A stretch of 64,000 nucleotides of DNA, taken from positions 1,178,001-1,242,000 of the forward strand of contig JAUFOR010000004.1 of the NCBI GenBank assembly GCA_040285745.1, written 5' to 3'. Shown piece by piece: positions 20,742 through 31,005 of this stretch (positions within the stretch are counted from its first letter, which is position 1; each line of letters begins with the position of its first letter). Position numbers and translations under genes: made by a program. The stretch comes from Barthelona sp. PCE. Its lineage: Eukaryota. The notes under the pieces were generated by a model. It was not told where the DNA came from. It saw only the letters and a list, made by a program, of their open reading frames with translations, and ran no database searches.

Positions 20742-21989
20742 ATGAATCCAACCGAAGTTCTATTAAGCATTTCGGAGGAGCAGAGGGCTCTTACAGTGTG
20801 GGATGCACGTCTTTTATCTAAAAGAAAAATTATTCAACTAGATGGATCTCCCATTGCACATACTCTATGCCTAATCGCACCGAACCACTTCTGTTACGCA
20901 GATTTAAATGGTCCATTTATTCACATGTATGACTGGAGTAGCAGCACTCGTTGCTTCCGTTCTTCATTACCCGCTGGTGGGTCTGAAACCGCTGACATGG
21001 CAACTGTGCTCTGTGCGTCAAGCACTGGTGACTACCTATTTGTTGGTACATCAAACGGCAACGTACACTGTTACGAACTCACAACTGGTACCTTGTTCAG
21101 AACATACAATGTTCATTTTGATGCTATCACAACCCTTTCATTTGCAGAGCACCAACGCCTTCTTGCAGTTGGCTCTAAGGGCGGTGTTGTTAAGCTGCTT
21201 GATTTCGTATCCAATCAGAAGAGTAGAAAGCATAGACCAATAACAATAACTGCTAATACTGCCGCTATAACAGGACTTTATATTTCAGTATCTGCACAAA
21301 CACCCATTCTGGTTGTTACTAGTGGTGATTGCTCAGTGCGTCTTTATCATATTGTCAATAATAGTGCACAATTAAGTTATTGTGTATACACAGCATCTCC
21401 CATTTCAGCTCTGGCGGTCAGCCAGATGGATCATGTGGCAGCAATGGGTACTGTCGCAGGCCAACTATATGTTCTTGATCTGACAATTAAGCCAACTGCA
21501 GTTAATTTGTCTCCTAAATCTAATAATTTGGGGAAAATTTCATCACTTTATATGGCACATAATGCAGCAACAATTGTTGTATCGTTTGCATCCAGGTCAG
21601 AAGCAAGCATTTTTGATCTTACTGGTTGTTTAATAGGTACTTTTAATGCCGCTCATGATGCAGGAACAGAATTTAGTATTAAAGCTTTATATGCAAGATC
21701 TAGTATTGCAGAAGGTCTGTTCTCATCAGAAGCAGTGCGTAAAGTACCGCCGTTTAGATCAGTTATAACTATTCCTAGATTTGAAATTGAAATGGAGTAT
21801 GTGGAGAATGATGAATTACTTGAAGAACAAAGTGCTTCATTATCACAGGAGTTGATGAAAGACGTGAGTCGAGCGTTTGACGGAGACCTTAGAGACTGTA
21901 CTGAAGATAGTGATGTGAGATATTGGCGTAATTTGGCTATGTCTCTTTATGCTAAACAAGCTTCAGAATTTCAGGATAGTTTACAATAG
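20742..21989 (+). CDS. WDR18: WD40 protein, WDR18/IPI3-like (rixosome)
   Basis: IHMYDW...GDYLFVGTSNGNVHCYELTTGTLFRTYNVHFDAITTLSF pattern plus a C-terminal helix, as in IPI3/WDR18. Confidence 0.65.
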   Translation: MNPTEVLLSISEEQRALTVWDARLLSKRKIIQLDGSPIAHTLCLIAPNHFCYADLNGPFIHMYDWSSSTRCFRSSLPAGGSETADMATVLCASSTGDYLFVGTSNGNVHCYELTTGTLFRTYNVHFDAITTLSFAEHQRLLAVGSKGGVVKLLDFVSNQKSRKHRPITITANTAAITGLYISVSAQTPILVVTSGDCSVRLYHIVNNSAQLSYCVYTASPISALAVSQMDHVAAMGTVAGQLYVLDLTIKPTAVNLSPKSNNLGKISSLYMAHNAATIVVSFASRSEASIFDLTGCLIGTFNAAHDAGTEFSIKALYARSSIAEGLFSSEAVRKVPPFRSVITIPRFEIEMEYVENDELLEEQSASLSQELMKDVSRAFDGDLRDCTEDSDVRYWRNLAMSLYAKQASEFQDSLQ

Positions 21990-22004
21990 AATTACAAGTA
22001 AAAG

Positions 22005-22412
22005 CTAAGAGGTCTTTACGGGGGCTGTAGCAGCAGGATTAGCATTAGCAGCAGGTAACTTTCCTTGTGCCTCAAGATTGTTCTTCATCTCGCGCTCTAT
22101 GTTCCATTGGCGTGCCACTGCCTCGTGGTAGGGATCAGATTTGATGTTGTGGACCCTTTCAGGAGCCTCAATATCCTCAGGATCGACAGTAAAATCAACT
22201 TCATTGGATGTCATGTACATTGCGGGGTTGTGAATATATGCAGGGTTGATTCGCTTGTTCAGGGCACGGCTCAAACGATTGAATGCATCCTTGGAATCTT
22301 CTTTGGTCAGATTGGGTTCGTTTTCAAGTTGATGACCTCCAGATGAATGTGGTGGGAGCGGCATATCTTCCCTTGTCAGTGTCTCTACGTTTCCTTCAAC
22401 CTTCATTGACAT
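22005..22412 (-). CDS. Hypothetical protein
   Basis: 135 aa ATG ORF with a pyrimidine-rich leader; convergent with the WD40 gene across 15 bp. Confidence 0.65.
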   Translation of the reverse strand: MSMKVEGNVETLTREDMPLPPHSSGGHQLENEPNLTKEDSKDAFNRLSRALNKRINPAYIHNPAMYMTSNEVDFTVDPEDIEAPERVHNIKSDPYHEAVARQWNIEREMKNNLEAQGKLPAANANPAATAPVKTS

Positions 22413-22734
22413 TTTGTGCTTGAATGAGGAGAACTATGATTTAACATAAATCTAAGCACCAATTTCTCCTCTTTGTCTGGCACAATGGTTGATTATGACA
22501 ATTCAAAATCTGTTTCTGATGTTTAAAAACTGGTAAACAAAGCAAAATATGTGAACCTGCAGTTTTGGATAGAAGGGTGGAAAAGCTCATTGAGCAATTC
22601 ATTATCCCATCTGCGAAGCAGTAGCGTATCTAAGCACACACTTTTAGGCTAATAAAAATATTAATAAGTTGAGATGTGAGCCTCAATTGATAGTTTTCTC
22701 ACATTGTCTTTTTCCCCCTTTTCACCAACTCAAA

Positions 22735-25700
22735 ATGCCAACAGCAATTGAACTGGATGGCAAGGCATCTAAGGATGGCCAAAAACCTAAGGATAGCAGT
22801 GCAGCCAATGATGAAGAACTCGAGAAGAATATCGAGAAGGAAGTTATTAAAGACTCCTTTGGATTCCCCAGAGTTGCACAAGGTAGATTTAAGGACGATT
22901 ACAGACACCAGGGCTTTTTTAGTGCAATTTTATTTGGTTTTATGACTCGTATGTTATCTAATGGAATCAATGAACCATTGGATAATGATGATTTCATCCA
23001 ACAAGATAAGAAGCGTGAGATAACTGCGGCATATAAACGCTATAAGACTTATAGTGCTCAGCATCCTGATAAAACAATTTTTCGATGTATACTCAATACA
23101 AATAAGATGGATTTCTTTTTGGGAGGTCTATTTCGTTTCCTAAGTGATGCTTGTGGATATCTTAACCCATTAGTATTAAGAGAACTATTGAAATTAGTTG
23201 AAACACCTGATCTTGAGTGGAGTACTTTGTTAAAGTACTCAGTGGGAATGTTTTTGCTTTCATTCTTTCTCAGTCTATTTTCTAATCATTTCTTCTTTAA
23301 GATGATGAGATTAGGTTTAGTATTTACTTCAGTATCTTCTAATGCAATATTCGAAAAAGCTTCCAGGCTTAAATTTTCTGTTGTTAGTGAACAGACTGTT
23401 GGCAAATTAACACAAGATATGAATACACACACCCTTCGATTTGAATTCTTTATTCAACAATTCCATCGTTTATGGTCTATTCCCGTCCAAATTGTTATAA
23501 CCTTCCTCATCCTCTGGGATACAATAGGGTCATCTATGCTTTATGGTATTTTTGTCTTTTTAGTTGTTGCTATCATCCAATACTTCCTTTCCAAGGCAAT
23601 TTCTAAGCGTAGAAAGGCTTCAAATAAGGTTGCTGATAAGAGAGTTGATGCCGTTAGCGAAATGCTTAATACTTTTGAAACTGTTCGACTAAACGCTTGG
23701 GAAGATCAATACGAAGCTTCTATCAACAAGACAAGAGATGAAGAGATTGGTCTGCTGTACTCAATGGGTAAATTAAGTGTGGCTAATCGATTTTTAGGTA
23801 GATCACTGCCTGTTATAGCTTCAGCTCTTAGTTTCACTGTGAAGGCACTTAATGATGAAGCGCTTACCCCGTCGGTTGTCTTCACAACACTGACACTGTT
23901 TGAGAGCCTGAGTTTCCCTGTGACCTTCGCTTCAAGATTAGTTGAATTATCCATTGATGGATATCATTCAATCATCCGCCTGAATGAACTATTGCAAATG
24001 GAGGAAGTTGAAGAGTCATGTTGTGACAACTGTCTTGACGATGATGTTGTAGTTCATGTTACCCCAGAGGAGGGTGGTTTCACATATATGGATAACAAGT
24101 TTAAACTTGACATTGACATCAATATTAAGAAGGGAGAGTACGTTGGTATATGTGGTAAGGTTGCCAGTGGTAAGACATCATTGTTGAATGCAGTTCTTGG
24201 TGAGTTAAACAACACTGCAAAGAAGGTGGTACCTGAGAAATTGAGTTACGTACCCCAAACACCTTGGGTTTTCAACGCAACAATCCGAAACAACGTCATT
24301 CTTACAGGAGAGTTCGATAGACAACGTTTTGAAGACGTTTTATATGTGTGCGGACTTGGTCCTGATATCCAACAACTTGGTGGTGATCTCGTTGAGGTCG
24401 GATCAAAGGGTGTTGTCCTCAGTGGTGGACAGCAGCAACGTATCAACCTTGCACGTGCTTTATACAACGACACCGAGGTGTATCTTTTGGATGATGTCCT
24501 GAGTGCTGTGGATGCGCATGTTGGCGAACATATTGTTGCCAATGTTCTTAGTGAGAACGGTTACCTGGCTGAGAAGACCAGAGTCGTTGTCACACATCAC
24601 GTACATTACTTACATGGTTGCGACCGCATCATTGTTCTGGATGAAGGAACGGTGTCTGCTGAAGGAACATTTACTGAACTAATGGAGACATCTCCTCTGT
24701 TTAAGGACCTGCTACAGGCTGAAGAAGAGGATGATGAAGAAGAGGAAGATGAAAAGATGGAGATTGATGTTGTTGAAAGTGAAGATGAGAAAGAGATCGA
24801 CACACGTGAGTGGGCTGAATGTATTGGTAAGGGTGAAAAGCGCAAGCTCGTTAGCTCAGAAGGCTATGCACGTGGTAAGATTCCAGTACATTTGTACAAA
24901 CTGTGGTTTTCATACATTGGGAAAGCACTTCTTGTATTTTTCCTGGTCACCGTCTTATTAGTACCTATCTTCAAGCTATTCAGTGATAAATGGCTCGCCA
25001 CGTGGTCTGATTCATACACACAGACAACACCAGAGCATGGAACGATGTACTACCTTCAAATATATGGAGTTTTGATCGCAGTATATTTACTTTTCGTCTT
25101 TGTGAGTAACACAGTTAACATGAAGATTGTATACCACGTAGCGAACACTTTACATCGCCGGTTAATCAAGAATATTGTTACTTTAACCCAACGATTTTTT
25201 GATGTAACACCTTCAGGACGTATTCTTAATAGATTTGGTTCAGATTTCACTGCGAAAATTGACAGTTCAATGAACTGGGTGTTTAACGAGTTTGTACGTA
25301 ATATTCTTAATATTTTAACACAATTATCGCTTATTACTTATGTTTTCCCAACATTTTTAATTATCGTCATTCCAATGACGTTCATATACTGGTGGGTCGC
25401 ACGCCGATATCGCGCAGGTACAGTTGAAATACAACGCTTAACAAGTGTTGCAAGTTCGTTTATTTACAGTTCGTTCACTGAGCTACTTGATGGTCTCACA
25501 ACGCTCCGTGCTTTTGACATGGAGGAATATCTGTGCAAACGCCACGAGCATCTCCTAAAGCGTCGTGAAACAATAAGATTCATGAAGATTGGTGCTTTCC
25601 GTTGGTCGGGACTTCGTCTTGAAACAATTTCTGCTTTTATTGTCTTTGTTACAGTTGCATTCTCATTCTTCTTCCCCTCTGTATCTGCTGCAGAAGCTGG

Positions 25701-26631
25701 TCTTGCTATCTCTTATGCGTTGAACTGTTCTGCCTCTTTCGGATGGTTAGTGCTTGTCTCTGCTGAGTTGGATATGATTTTTGCTGCAGTCGAACGTGTA
25801 CATGAGTACGCCACGGTTGAGGGTGAGAATAACCGTGAAGGTGTTATCGTTAACGGTTGGCCTAACAAAGGAGACATTGAATTCAAAAACGTGAGCTGTA
25901 GATACGCTCCTGAACTTCCTGATGTGCTGAAGGAGATTAGTTTTACAGTCAAACATGGAGATAGAGTTGGTATTTGTGGTCGTTCTGGTGGTAGTAAGTC
26001 GACACTTATCAACACTCTAATGCAAATTATGCCGGAAGGTTGTATCCAGGGTGCTATTATTATTGATGGAGAAAATGCTACAGAGATGCCAAAGGTGCAA
26101 GTAAGAAGAGCCGTTACAATTATTCCTCAGAAGCCTGCACTTTTCTTTGCTTCAGTACGCAAGAACCTTGATGTCTTTGATGAATACGATGATGAACAAT
26201 TATGGGACATCATCGATCGTGTTGGTATGAAGGAGTATTTTGAAGAGAGAGAAGGTTTAGATTCTCAAATTGCTGAGAGTGGTACCAATCTTTCAAAGGG
26301 TCAAAGTCAGCTGTTATGTTTAGCTCGTGCTCTTTTAACCAAGAAGAAGATCGTACTGTTGGATGAAGCAACTGCCAGCGTTGATTTCCATACCGATATG
26401 ATGATCAATAAGGTATTAACAGAGGACTTTAATGATTGCCTTGTGATCAAGATTGCTCATCGTTTAAGCACTCTTGTTGACTGCAATAAGGTCCTTGTCA
26501 TGGGTGACGGCAGATTGCTTGAGCACGGTCATCCCGGTGATCTCTTAAGAGATAAGCAAAGTGAGTTTTTCAAACTTGCAAGCAGTCTTGGTGAGCATGA
26601 AATGCAACAATTGCTTTCAATGTTATCATAA
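22735..26631 (+). CDS. ABCC/MRP-family ABC transporter (TMD-NBD-TMD-NBD)
   Basis: First ATG at 22735 (MPTAIELD). NBD1: GKVASGKTS, LSGGQ, YLLDD. TMD2: FFDVTPSGRILNRF. NBD2: GRSGGSKST, LSKGQ, LLDEATA, IAHRL. Confidence 0.95.
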   Translation: MPTAIELDGKASKDGQKPKDSSAANDEELEKNIEKEVIKDSFGFPRVAQGRFKDDYRHQGFFSAILFGFMTRMLSNGINEPLDNDDFIQQDKKREITAAYKRYKTYSAQHPDKTIFRCILNTNKMDFFLGGLFRFLSDACGYLNPLVLRELLKLVETPDLEWSTLLKYSVGMFLLSFFLSLFSNHFFFKMMRLGLVFTSVSSNAIFEKASRLKFSVVSEQTVGKLTQDMNTHTLRFEFFIQQFHRLWSIPVQIVITFLILWDTIGSSMLYGIFVFLVVAIIQYFLSKAISKRRKASNKVADKRVDAVSEMLNTFETVRLNAWEDQYEASINKTRDEEIGLLYSMGKLSVANRFLGRSLPVIASALSFTVKALNDEALTPSVVFTTLTLFESLSFPVTFASRLVELSIDGYHSIIRLNELLQMEEVEESCCDNCLDDDVVVHVTPEEGGFTYMDNKFKLDIDINIKKGEYVGICGKVASGKTSLLNAVLGELNNTAKKVVPEKLSYVPQTPWVFNATIRNNVILTGEFDRQRFEDVLYVCGLGPDIQQLGGDLVEVGSKGVVLSGGQQQRINLARALYNDTEVYLLDDVLSAVDAHVGEHIVANVLSENGYLAEKTRVVVTHHVHYLHGCDRIIVLDEGTVSAEGTFTELMETSPLFKDLLQAEEEDDEEEEDEKMEIDVVESEDEKEIDTREWAECIGKGEKRKLVSSEGYARGKIPVHLYKLWFSYIGKALLVFFLVTVLLVPIFKLFSDKWLATWSDSYTQTTPEHGTMYYLQIYGVLIAVYLLFVFVSNTVNMKIVYHVANTLHRRLIKNIVTLTQRFFDVTPSGRILNRFGSDFTAKIDSSMNWVFNEFVRNILNILTQLSLITYVFPTFLIIVIPMTFIYWWVARRYRAGTVEIQRLTSVASSFIYSSFTELLDGLTTLRAFDMEEYLCKRHEHLLKRRETIRFMKIGAFRWSGLRLETISAFIVFVTVAFSFFFPSVSAAEAGLAISYALNCSASFGWLVLVSAELDMIFAAVERVHEYATVEGENNREGVIVNGWPNKGDIEFKNVSCRYAPELPDVLKEISFTVKHGDRVGICGRSGGSKSTLINTLMQIMPEGCIQGAIIIDGENATEMPKVQVRRAVTIIPQKPALFFASVRKNLDVFDEYDDEQLWDIIDRVGMKEYFEEREGLDSQIAESGTNLSKGQSQLLCLARALLTKKKIVLLDEATASVDFHTDMMINKVLTEDFNDCLVIKIAHRLSTLVDCNKVLVMGDGRLLEHGHPGDLLRDKQSEFFKLASSLGEHEMQQLLSMLS

Positions 26632-26673
26632 AATAATATTCGCACTGAAAACGTGCATAGTAAAAATTTATTC

Positions 26674-28578
26674 TTAATTATTATGAAATGGAAAAACTGA
26701 TTCAATGTATTCACACTCAGTTAGAAAGTCTTGCATGCGTACATGTGATACACTCACATCCATCACTGCATCGCCTCTACACTCCACGTTATACACGTGC
26801 ATGGTAAGCGTTGAATTGGTGTAGACCATTGCTGTGAAGATCTGATCTGATCCGCAATAGTATCGAACTGTATTGTTGTTCATGGCCTCCTCCAATAATA
26901 TATCCACTGAATCCCAAGCAATTAACTTCTCAGCCTCACCATCAATTCTATATATACCGTTCTTGAACACAGCTATGTTTGCGGAAACAAAACAAATGAA
27001 ATCCTTCAGTGCCAAATTCACTTTAGCAGCCCCTTCAACAGCAACACATAAACCTGAGGAGCGCATGCTCAGTATATACATGTCCTTATTGAAGGGATTA
27101 AAGTAGTTACAGCTTTGATCAGACGTGAACGTTTTCTTGACAACTGACCACCCATCTTCGTTTCTCTTGCCAACAACAAGCACGGTGCTGGTCTCCAACA
27201 CGATCTCATCCTCTGCTATGGATAAAGGTGAGAAAGGTGAAAAAATATCATTCTGGAAACTGAACAAATCAGTAGATTCGCTCTCAGCTTCTCTTGTGTA
27301 CACCGTGTAAAGATAGTATGTGCTGCTCCTTGTCTCCCCCTGGACATATTCCATTCGATAAAAGACTGGCGTGTTCTTCAAAAACCCCATGCAATACACA
27401 TAATCATCTGTTTCATGGATCATACCAGCATATCTGAATGATGAGACGTCCCTGCCACATAGATACTGCTGACAAGCATCATTATCTGTGTATAAAAGAG
27501 TATCTTGACGTTTCTCAATTGAGCATGATTTAACTGATTTAAAAGGTCTTGAAGGATGGTTTCCATAAAATAACTTGTTCTTGGTGACATCTATGAACAC
27601 AAAACCGTCATTACGCCAGAAAACTATTGTATTAAAAAACACAGTAAACTGAGTGAAATCCAAAGAAGGAATATTTGACCCATTTGTTGATAATCTAGCA
27701 CCGCTCATCAGAATATTGGACGATAGATAACAGAATTCAACATTTGATCTTATATCAAAATCTTTTGAGAAGGAAAAAAAAAGAGAAAAAATATTTAGAG
27801 AACCTTCTATAGGAAATTGATTAAATGTACCATTCTGGAACACAAACATCCACAGCCGTACCGAGGATCTTCCAATAAAAATCAATTCAGAATCTTCTTT
27901 GTAACGTAAAAGGATTGGTTTCTGTACTAAACGTAATTGCCATACAGATGATTGTTGAACAAATGGCATACTATCAAACATAATCTCACTTCCATTGTAC
28001 CACATCAGTGATGGGGTTTGTTTGCCATTTAAATCAAATGACAATACACATTCAGTATTGGTAAAACTTATATAATTTAATCTTGGGTTGGAAAGAGGAA
28101 TTGGTTTTTCTGTTAGAATACGGCGATCACAGATATATATAGACTCTGAAATACCAACCATATCTCCGCAGCATAACCATAAGAATCCCTCCTCAAAGGT
28201 TGCGAAAGATTGAAACGAAGAATAATCATTTTCAAATTGAACTGCCACTGCATCTGAATCATCGCTGAATATCACAAAATGGTGCCTATCGAGCATAAGA
28301 ACGTCTCTAGGTGTCTGGGGAAGCTCTAACTCAAGTTCTTCGCAAAAATTCCCTTTATCAAGTACAAATATCTTCTGGATTACCTTTCCAAACTCAATCT
28401 TCTCGGGAACAGACATCCAATATACGATGCTCTTCTCCCATTGGGCAGTGCGGAATGTTGGAAACCCAAAACGATGTGAAAGATTCCCAATAACTCGTTC
28501 ACTTTCTAATTCAAAAGCGAATTTATCCCCTGGTTCCTTAAACTGACAAAGAGTTCCCTGTGCAGAAAAGCTATGCAT
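26674..28578 (-). CDS. Orphan beta-rich (probable beta-propeller) protein
   Basis: 634 aa ORF of short aromatic-rich beta strands; no recognisable family; the fold is inferred. Confidence 0.65.
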   Translation of the reverse strand: MHSFSAQGTLCQFKEPGDKFAFELESERVIGNLSHRFGFPTFRTAQWEKSIVYWMSVPEKIEFGKVIQKIFVLDKGNFCEELELELPQTPRDVLMLDRHHFVIFSDDSDAVAVQFENDYSSFQSFATFEEGFLWLCCGDMVGISESIYICDRRILTEKPIPLSNPRLNYISFTNTECVLSFDLNGKQTPSLMWYNGSEIMFDSMPFVQQSSVWQLRLVQKPILLRYKEDSELIFIGRSSVRLWMFVFQNGTFNQFPIEGSLNIFSLFFSFSKDFDIRSNVEFCYLSSNILMSGARLSTNGSNIPSLDFTQFTVFFNTIVFWRNDGFVFIDVTKNKLFYGNHPSRPFKSVKSCSIEKRQDTLLYTDNDACQQYLCGRDVSSFRYAGMIHETDDYVYCMGFLKNTPVFYRMEYVQGETRSSTYYLYTVYTREAESESTDLFSFQNDIFSPFSPLSIAEDEIVLETSTVLVVGKRNEDGWSVVKKTFTSDQSCNYFNPFNKDMYILSMRSSGLCVAVEGAAKVNLALKDFICFVSANIAVFKNGIYRIDGEAEKLIAWDSVDILLEEAMNNNTVRYYCGSDQIFTAMVYTNSTLTMHVYNVECRGDAVMDVSVSHVRMQDFLTECEYIESVFPFHNN

Positions 28579-28644
28579 GAAATGTGGAGTTAAAACGTAA
28601 ACAACTTTTCTTCTCTTTACTTTATTTTGTCAAATTTTTTTGTT

Positions 28645-30558
28645 ATGAGCTGTGTTACAGAATCACCGGGCCCCACTTTGTTTGAACCTGATTTTTCTGG
28701 TCTCTTCATGCAAAAAAGTATTATTGATGATGTAGAACAAGCTGATGCTATAGCAATGGTACCAAAGCGTACCAAAGCGCACATTGAGCTCGAAAACAGC
28801 CAATATGTTTATCCTGTCTGTGGTACCGACAAGTTTATGGGGGTTAGCACTGTTTACGTTAATGAACAGGAATACAACCTCGTGTGCCACATTTATACCA
28901 GGAACAATAAGTCTGAATACAATTTATCAAAGACAGTAACCGTCAAATGTCCTTTTGAGATGTACCCTCACGTTAAACCCTTGTTAGTGTGTTCAGATAC
29001 TTATATTCTTTGCCACAACCATTTGAAAACATACTATTGCAATATAGAGGGTTCTATTGGAACTGAAGATGTAATCATTATGACAGAATTACTGGAAGGA
29101 AAGGGAGCTCCTTTTTATTGTGACAAGTCTTTCTATTTCCAGGAGCGGATTGTTACTGTCGATGATAATGGTGTTGAGGATATATTCGAGTCTGATGATA
29201 TGAAGTTTCCAAAAAGTGAAATGTGGAGCATCCATCCATTTACCAATTTCAATGCTTCTTTGTATATGAAAAGAGGTAGTTCTGGGTTTGACGCCCTGCT
29301 CATCGTTCCTATGATGGAGGTTGATGCAACTCAAGTCATCAATGTATTGAGCACATTTTCAAACATTTCCATGTCTTTTAGTGAAACACAAACTTTGTAT
29401 TCAAAGAATCAAAAATTCACAAATCTCGTCCTATTGAATCTCTCTGTTGATAATGGAGTGCTTTCTTTCATTAACGGTGATCAACTGATACATGTCAGTC
29501 CCACTGCTTTGAAAGTACTTCCCATTTTCCCAACTGTGGATATGTACGCCTTCCCAATGATTCCATTTGCATCCACAGCAAAAGTAGATCTCAGAAAGGT
29601 ATCTTATATCAAGAACGGTTGTTGTTACTATTGCAAGATGGAATTTGTTCCACTTTCTGGTCATTTACCCATCATTGGTAGAATATGTTCAGCCCAAGCT
29701 ACCAAAAATATGCTCATATTCCAGAACAAATATTTTGGTACAACATTCGTTAACACAAAAACAAACACTGTCCATACTTTGTTAGGACCTGAGTATGCTG
29801 TAGATTATATGGTTAAAGTTGTTGATGATGTATTATGTGTTCCAACTAAAGAAAAAGTGATTTTGTTAAAGTTTGATGAAGAAGGAATACCTACTGTTTT
29901 GGATTACCTTAAAAAGGGTAGTTTTCTGCTTGGAATGACATTAGAAGATGTTTTAATGTATAAGAATGGGAATCAAATATTTAAAAAAGCTATTGGAGGT
30001 GATGAAGTTGAACTAGAACCGTTTACTGATAAATATTTTCGTAGATTAGGCAATTCTAAGCTTGGAAATTTTTTTGTTGAATTTGATGGTCAAGTGTATC
30101 AGGTTGAACTTAATAATAATCGTTTTGATCTGTCATTAATTAATTGGGAACCAAGACTTATTAATGGAATGTATTCATTTTGCGAAAGTATTGATCATTT
30201 TAAATCAATTAAATCGAATGCACTTAAGAAGTTTAATTTTGCTGATATTAATTACTGTTGTTGGGTTAATGAATGTATTTTTATGACTGACGATGGTTTC
30301 TTTATTGTCAATTCAGACAGGGAAATTGAACTGATCTATGGTTTTGATGATGATTTTTATTTAGATGTTGGTTTATCAAAATTACGATATCATGTCGAAT
30401 ATAATGTAGTACAGATAACCAGATTTATGAAGAAAGGTAAATTATGTATCATAACTTTTGATTTTGAAGATTATGAGTTAAATGGTAAAGCTTCACACGG
30501 AACAAATATTATTAACTTGTTTCACAAATCTATTAGTTCAATTAATTTTTCTGAATAG
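28645..30558 (+). CDS. Orphan beta-rich (probable beta-propeller) protein
   Basis: First ATG at 28645; similar size and composition to its divergent neighbour; CCWVNECIFMTDDG resembles the neighbour's ICFVSANIAVFKNG. Confidence 0.65.
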   Translation: MSCVTESPGPTLFEPDFSGLFMQKSIIDDVEQADAIAMVPKRTKAHIELENSQYVYPVCGTDKFMGVSTVYVNEQEYNLVCHIYTRNNKSEYNLSKTVTVKCPFEMYPHVKPLLVCSDTYILCHNHLKTYYCNIEGSIGTEDVIIMTELLEGKGAPFYCDKSFYFQERIVTVDDNGVEDIFESDDMKFPKSEMWSIHPFTNFNASLYMKRGSSGFDALLIVPMMEVDATQVINVLSTFSNISMSFSETQTLYSKNQKFTNLVLLNLSVDNGVLSFINGDQLIHVSPTALKVLPIFPTVDMYAFPMIPFASTAKVDLRKVSYIKNGCCYYCKMEFVPLSGHLPIIGRICSAQATKNMLIFQNKYFGTTFVNTKTNTVHTLLGPEYAVDYMVKVVDDVLCVPTKEKVILLKFDEEGIPTVLDYLKKGSFLLGMTLEDVLMYKNGNQIFKKAIGGDEVELEPFTDKYFRRLGNSKLGNFFVEFDGQVYQVELNNNRFDLSLINWEPRLINGMYSFCESIDHFKSIKSNALKKFNFADINYCCWVNECIFMTDDGFFIVNSDREIELIYGFDDDFYLDVGLSKLRYHVEYNVVQITRFMKKGKLCIITFDFEDYELNGKASHGTNIINLFHKSISSINFSE

Positions 30559-31005
30559 ATGCATGTTAGCTAAAACAAAATATACACATTAACTGTTACT
30601 CCAAAAAATTACTAGAAGATAATGTTGCATGTTAAGTTTTAAAAATGCTTACTAAGATCACTGTACCTATAAAAAGGTGATAATCGAAATATAAATGTCA
30701 AAAATATTTGCGTATATTTGAGAAAGGACCAGTTCCTGGCCCTGATCAGGACGATCCTGTAATTGATTTTGAACAGAGAATGGAATAGAACGTATGCGGG
30801 TGTATTTCAATTTCTCACCATTTTAAGGTTTCCTATTTATTTTATTGTATTATTTAGTAATTGAAATACTACTATTTTTCAGATGTATGGACTTCCAAAC
30901 TCTGAAGAAGGTACTTGTTTGCGGCACCATATCCGAACTTAGATCTGTAAAAATCTTATTACTCTACCTGTTAACATATGAGGGAAGAAAATCTCATTTA
31001 TTGCA

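Noticed and set aside
22559-22614. Possible nested hairpin (GCAG/CTGC, GGATA/TATCC, GCTC-ATT-GAGC) in a divergent spacer
   Set aside because: Short stems expected by chance; no known RNA motif.
24718-24795. GAA/GAT-rich repeat
   Set aside because: Ordinary acidic linker after NBD1 of the ABCC protein.
30771-30800. ACAGAGA box suggesting U6 snRNA
   Set aside because: No AGC triad or internal stem-loop at the expected spacing.
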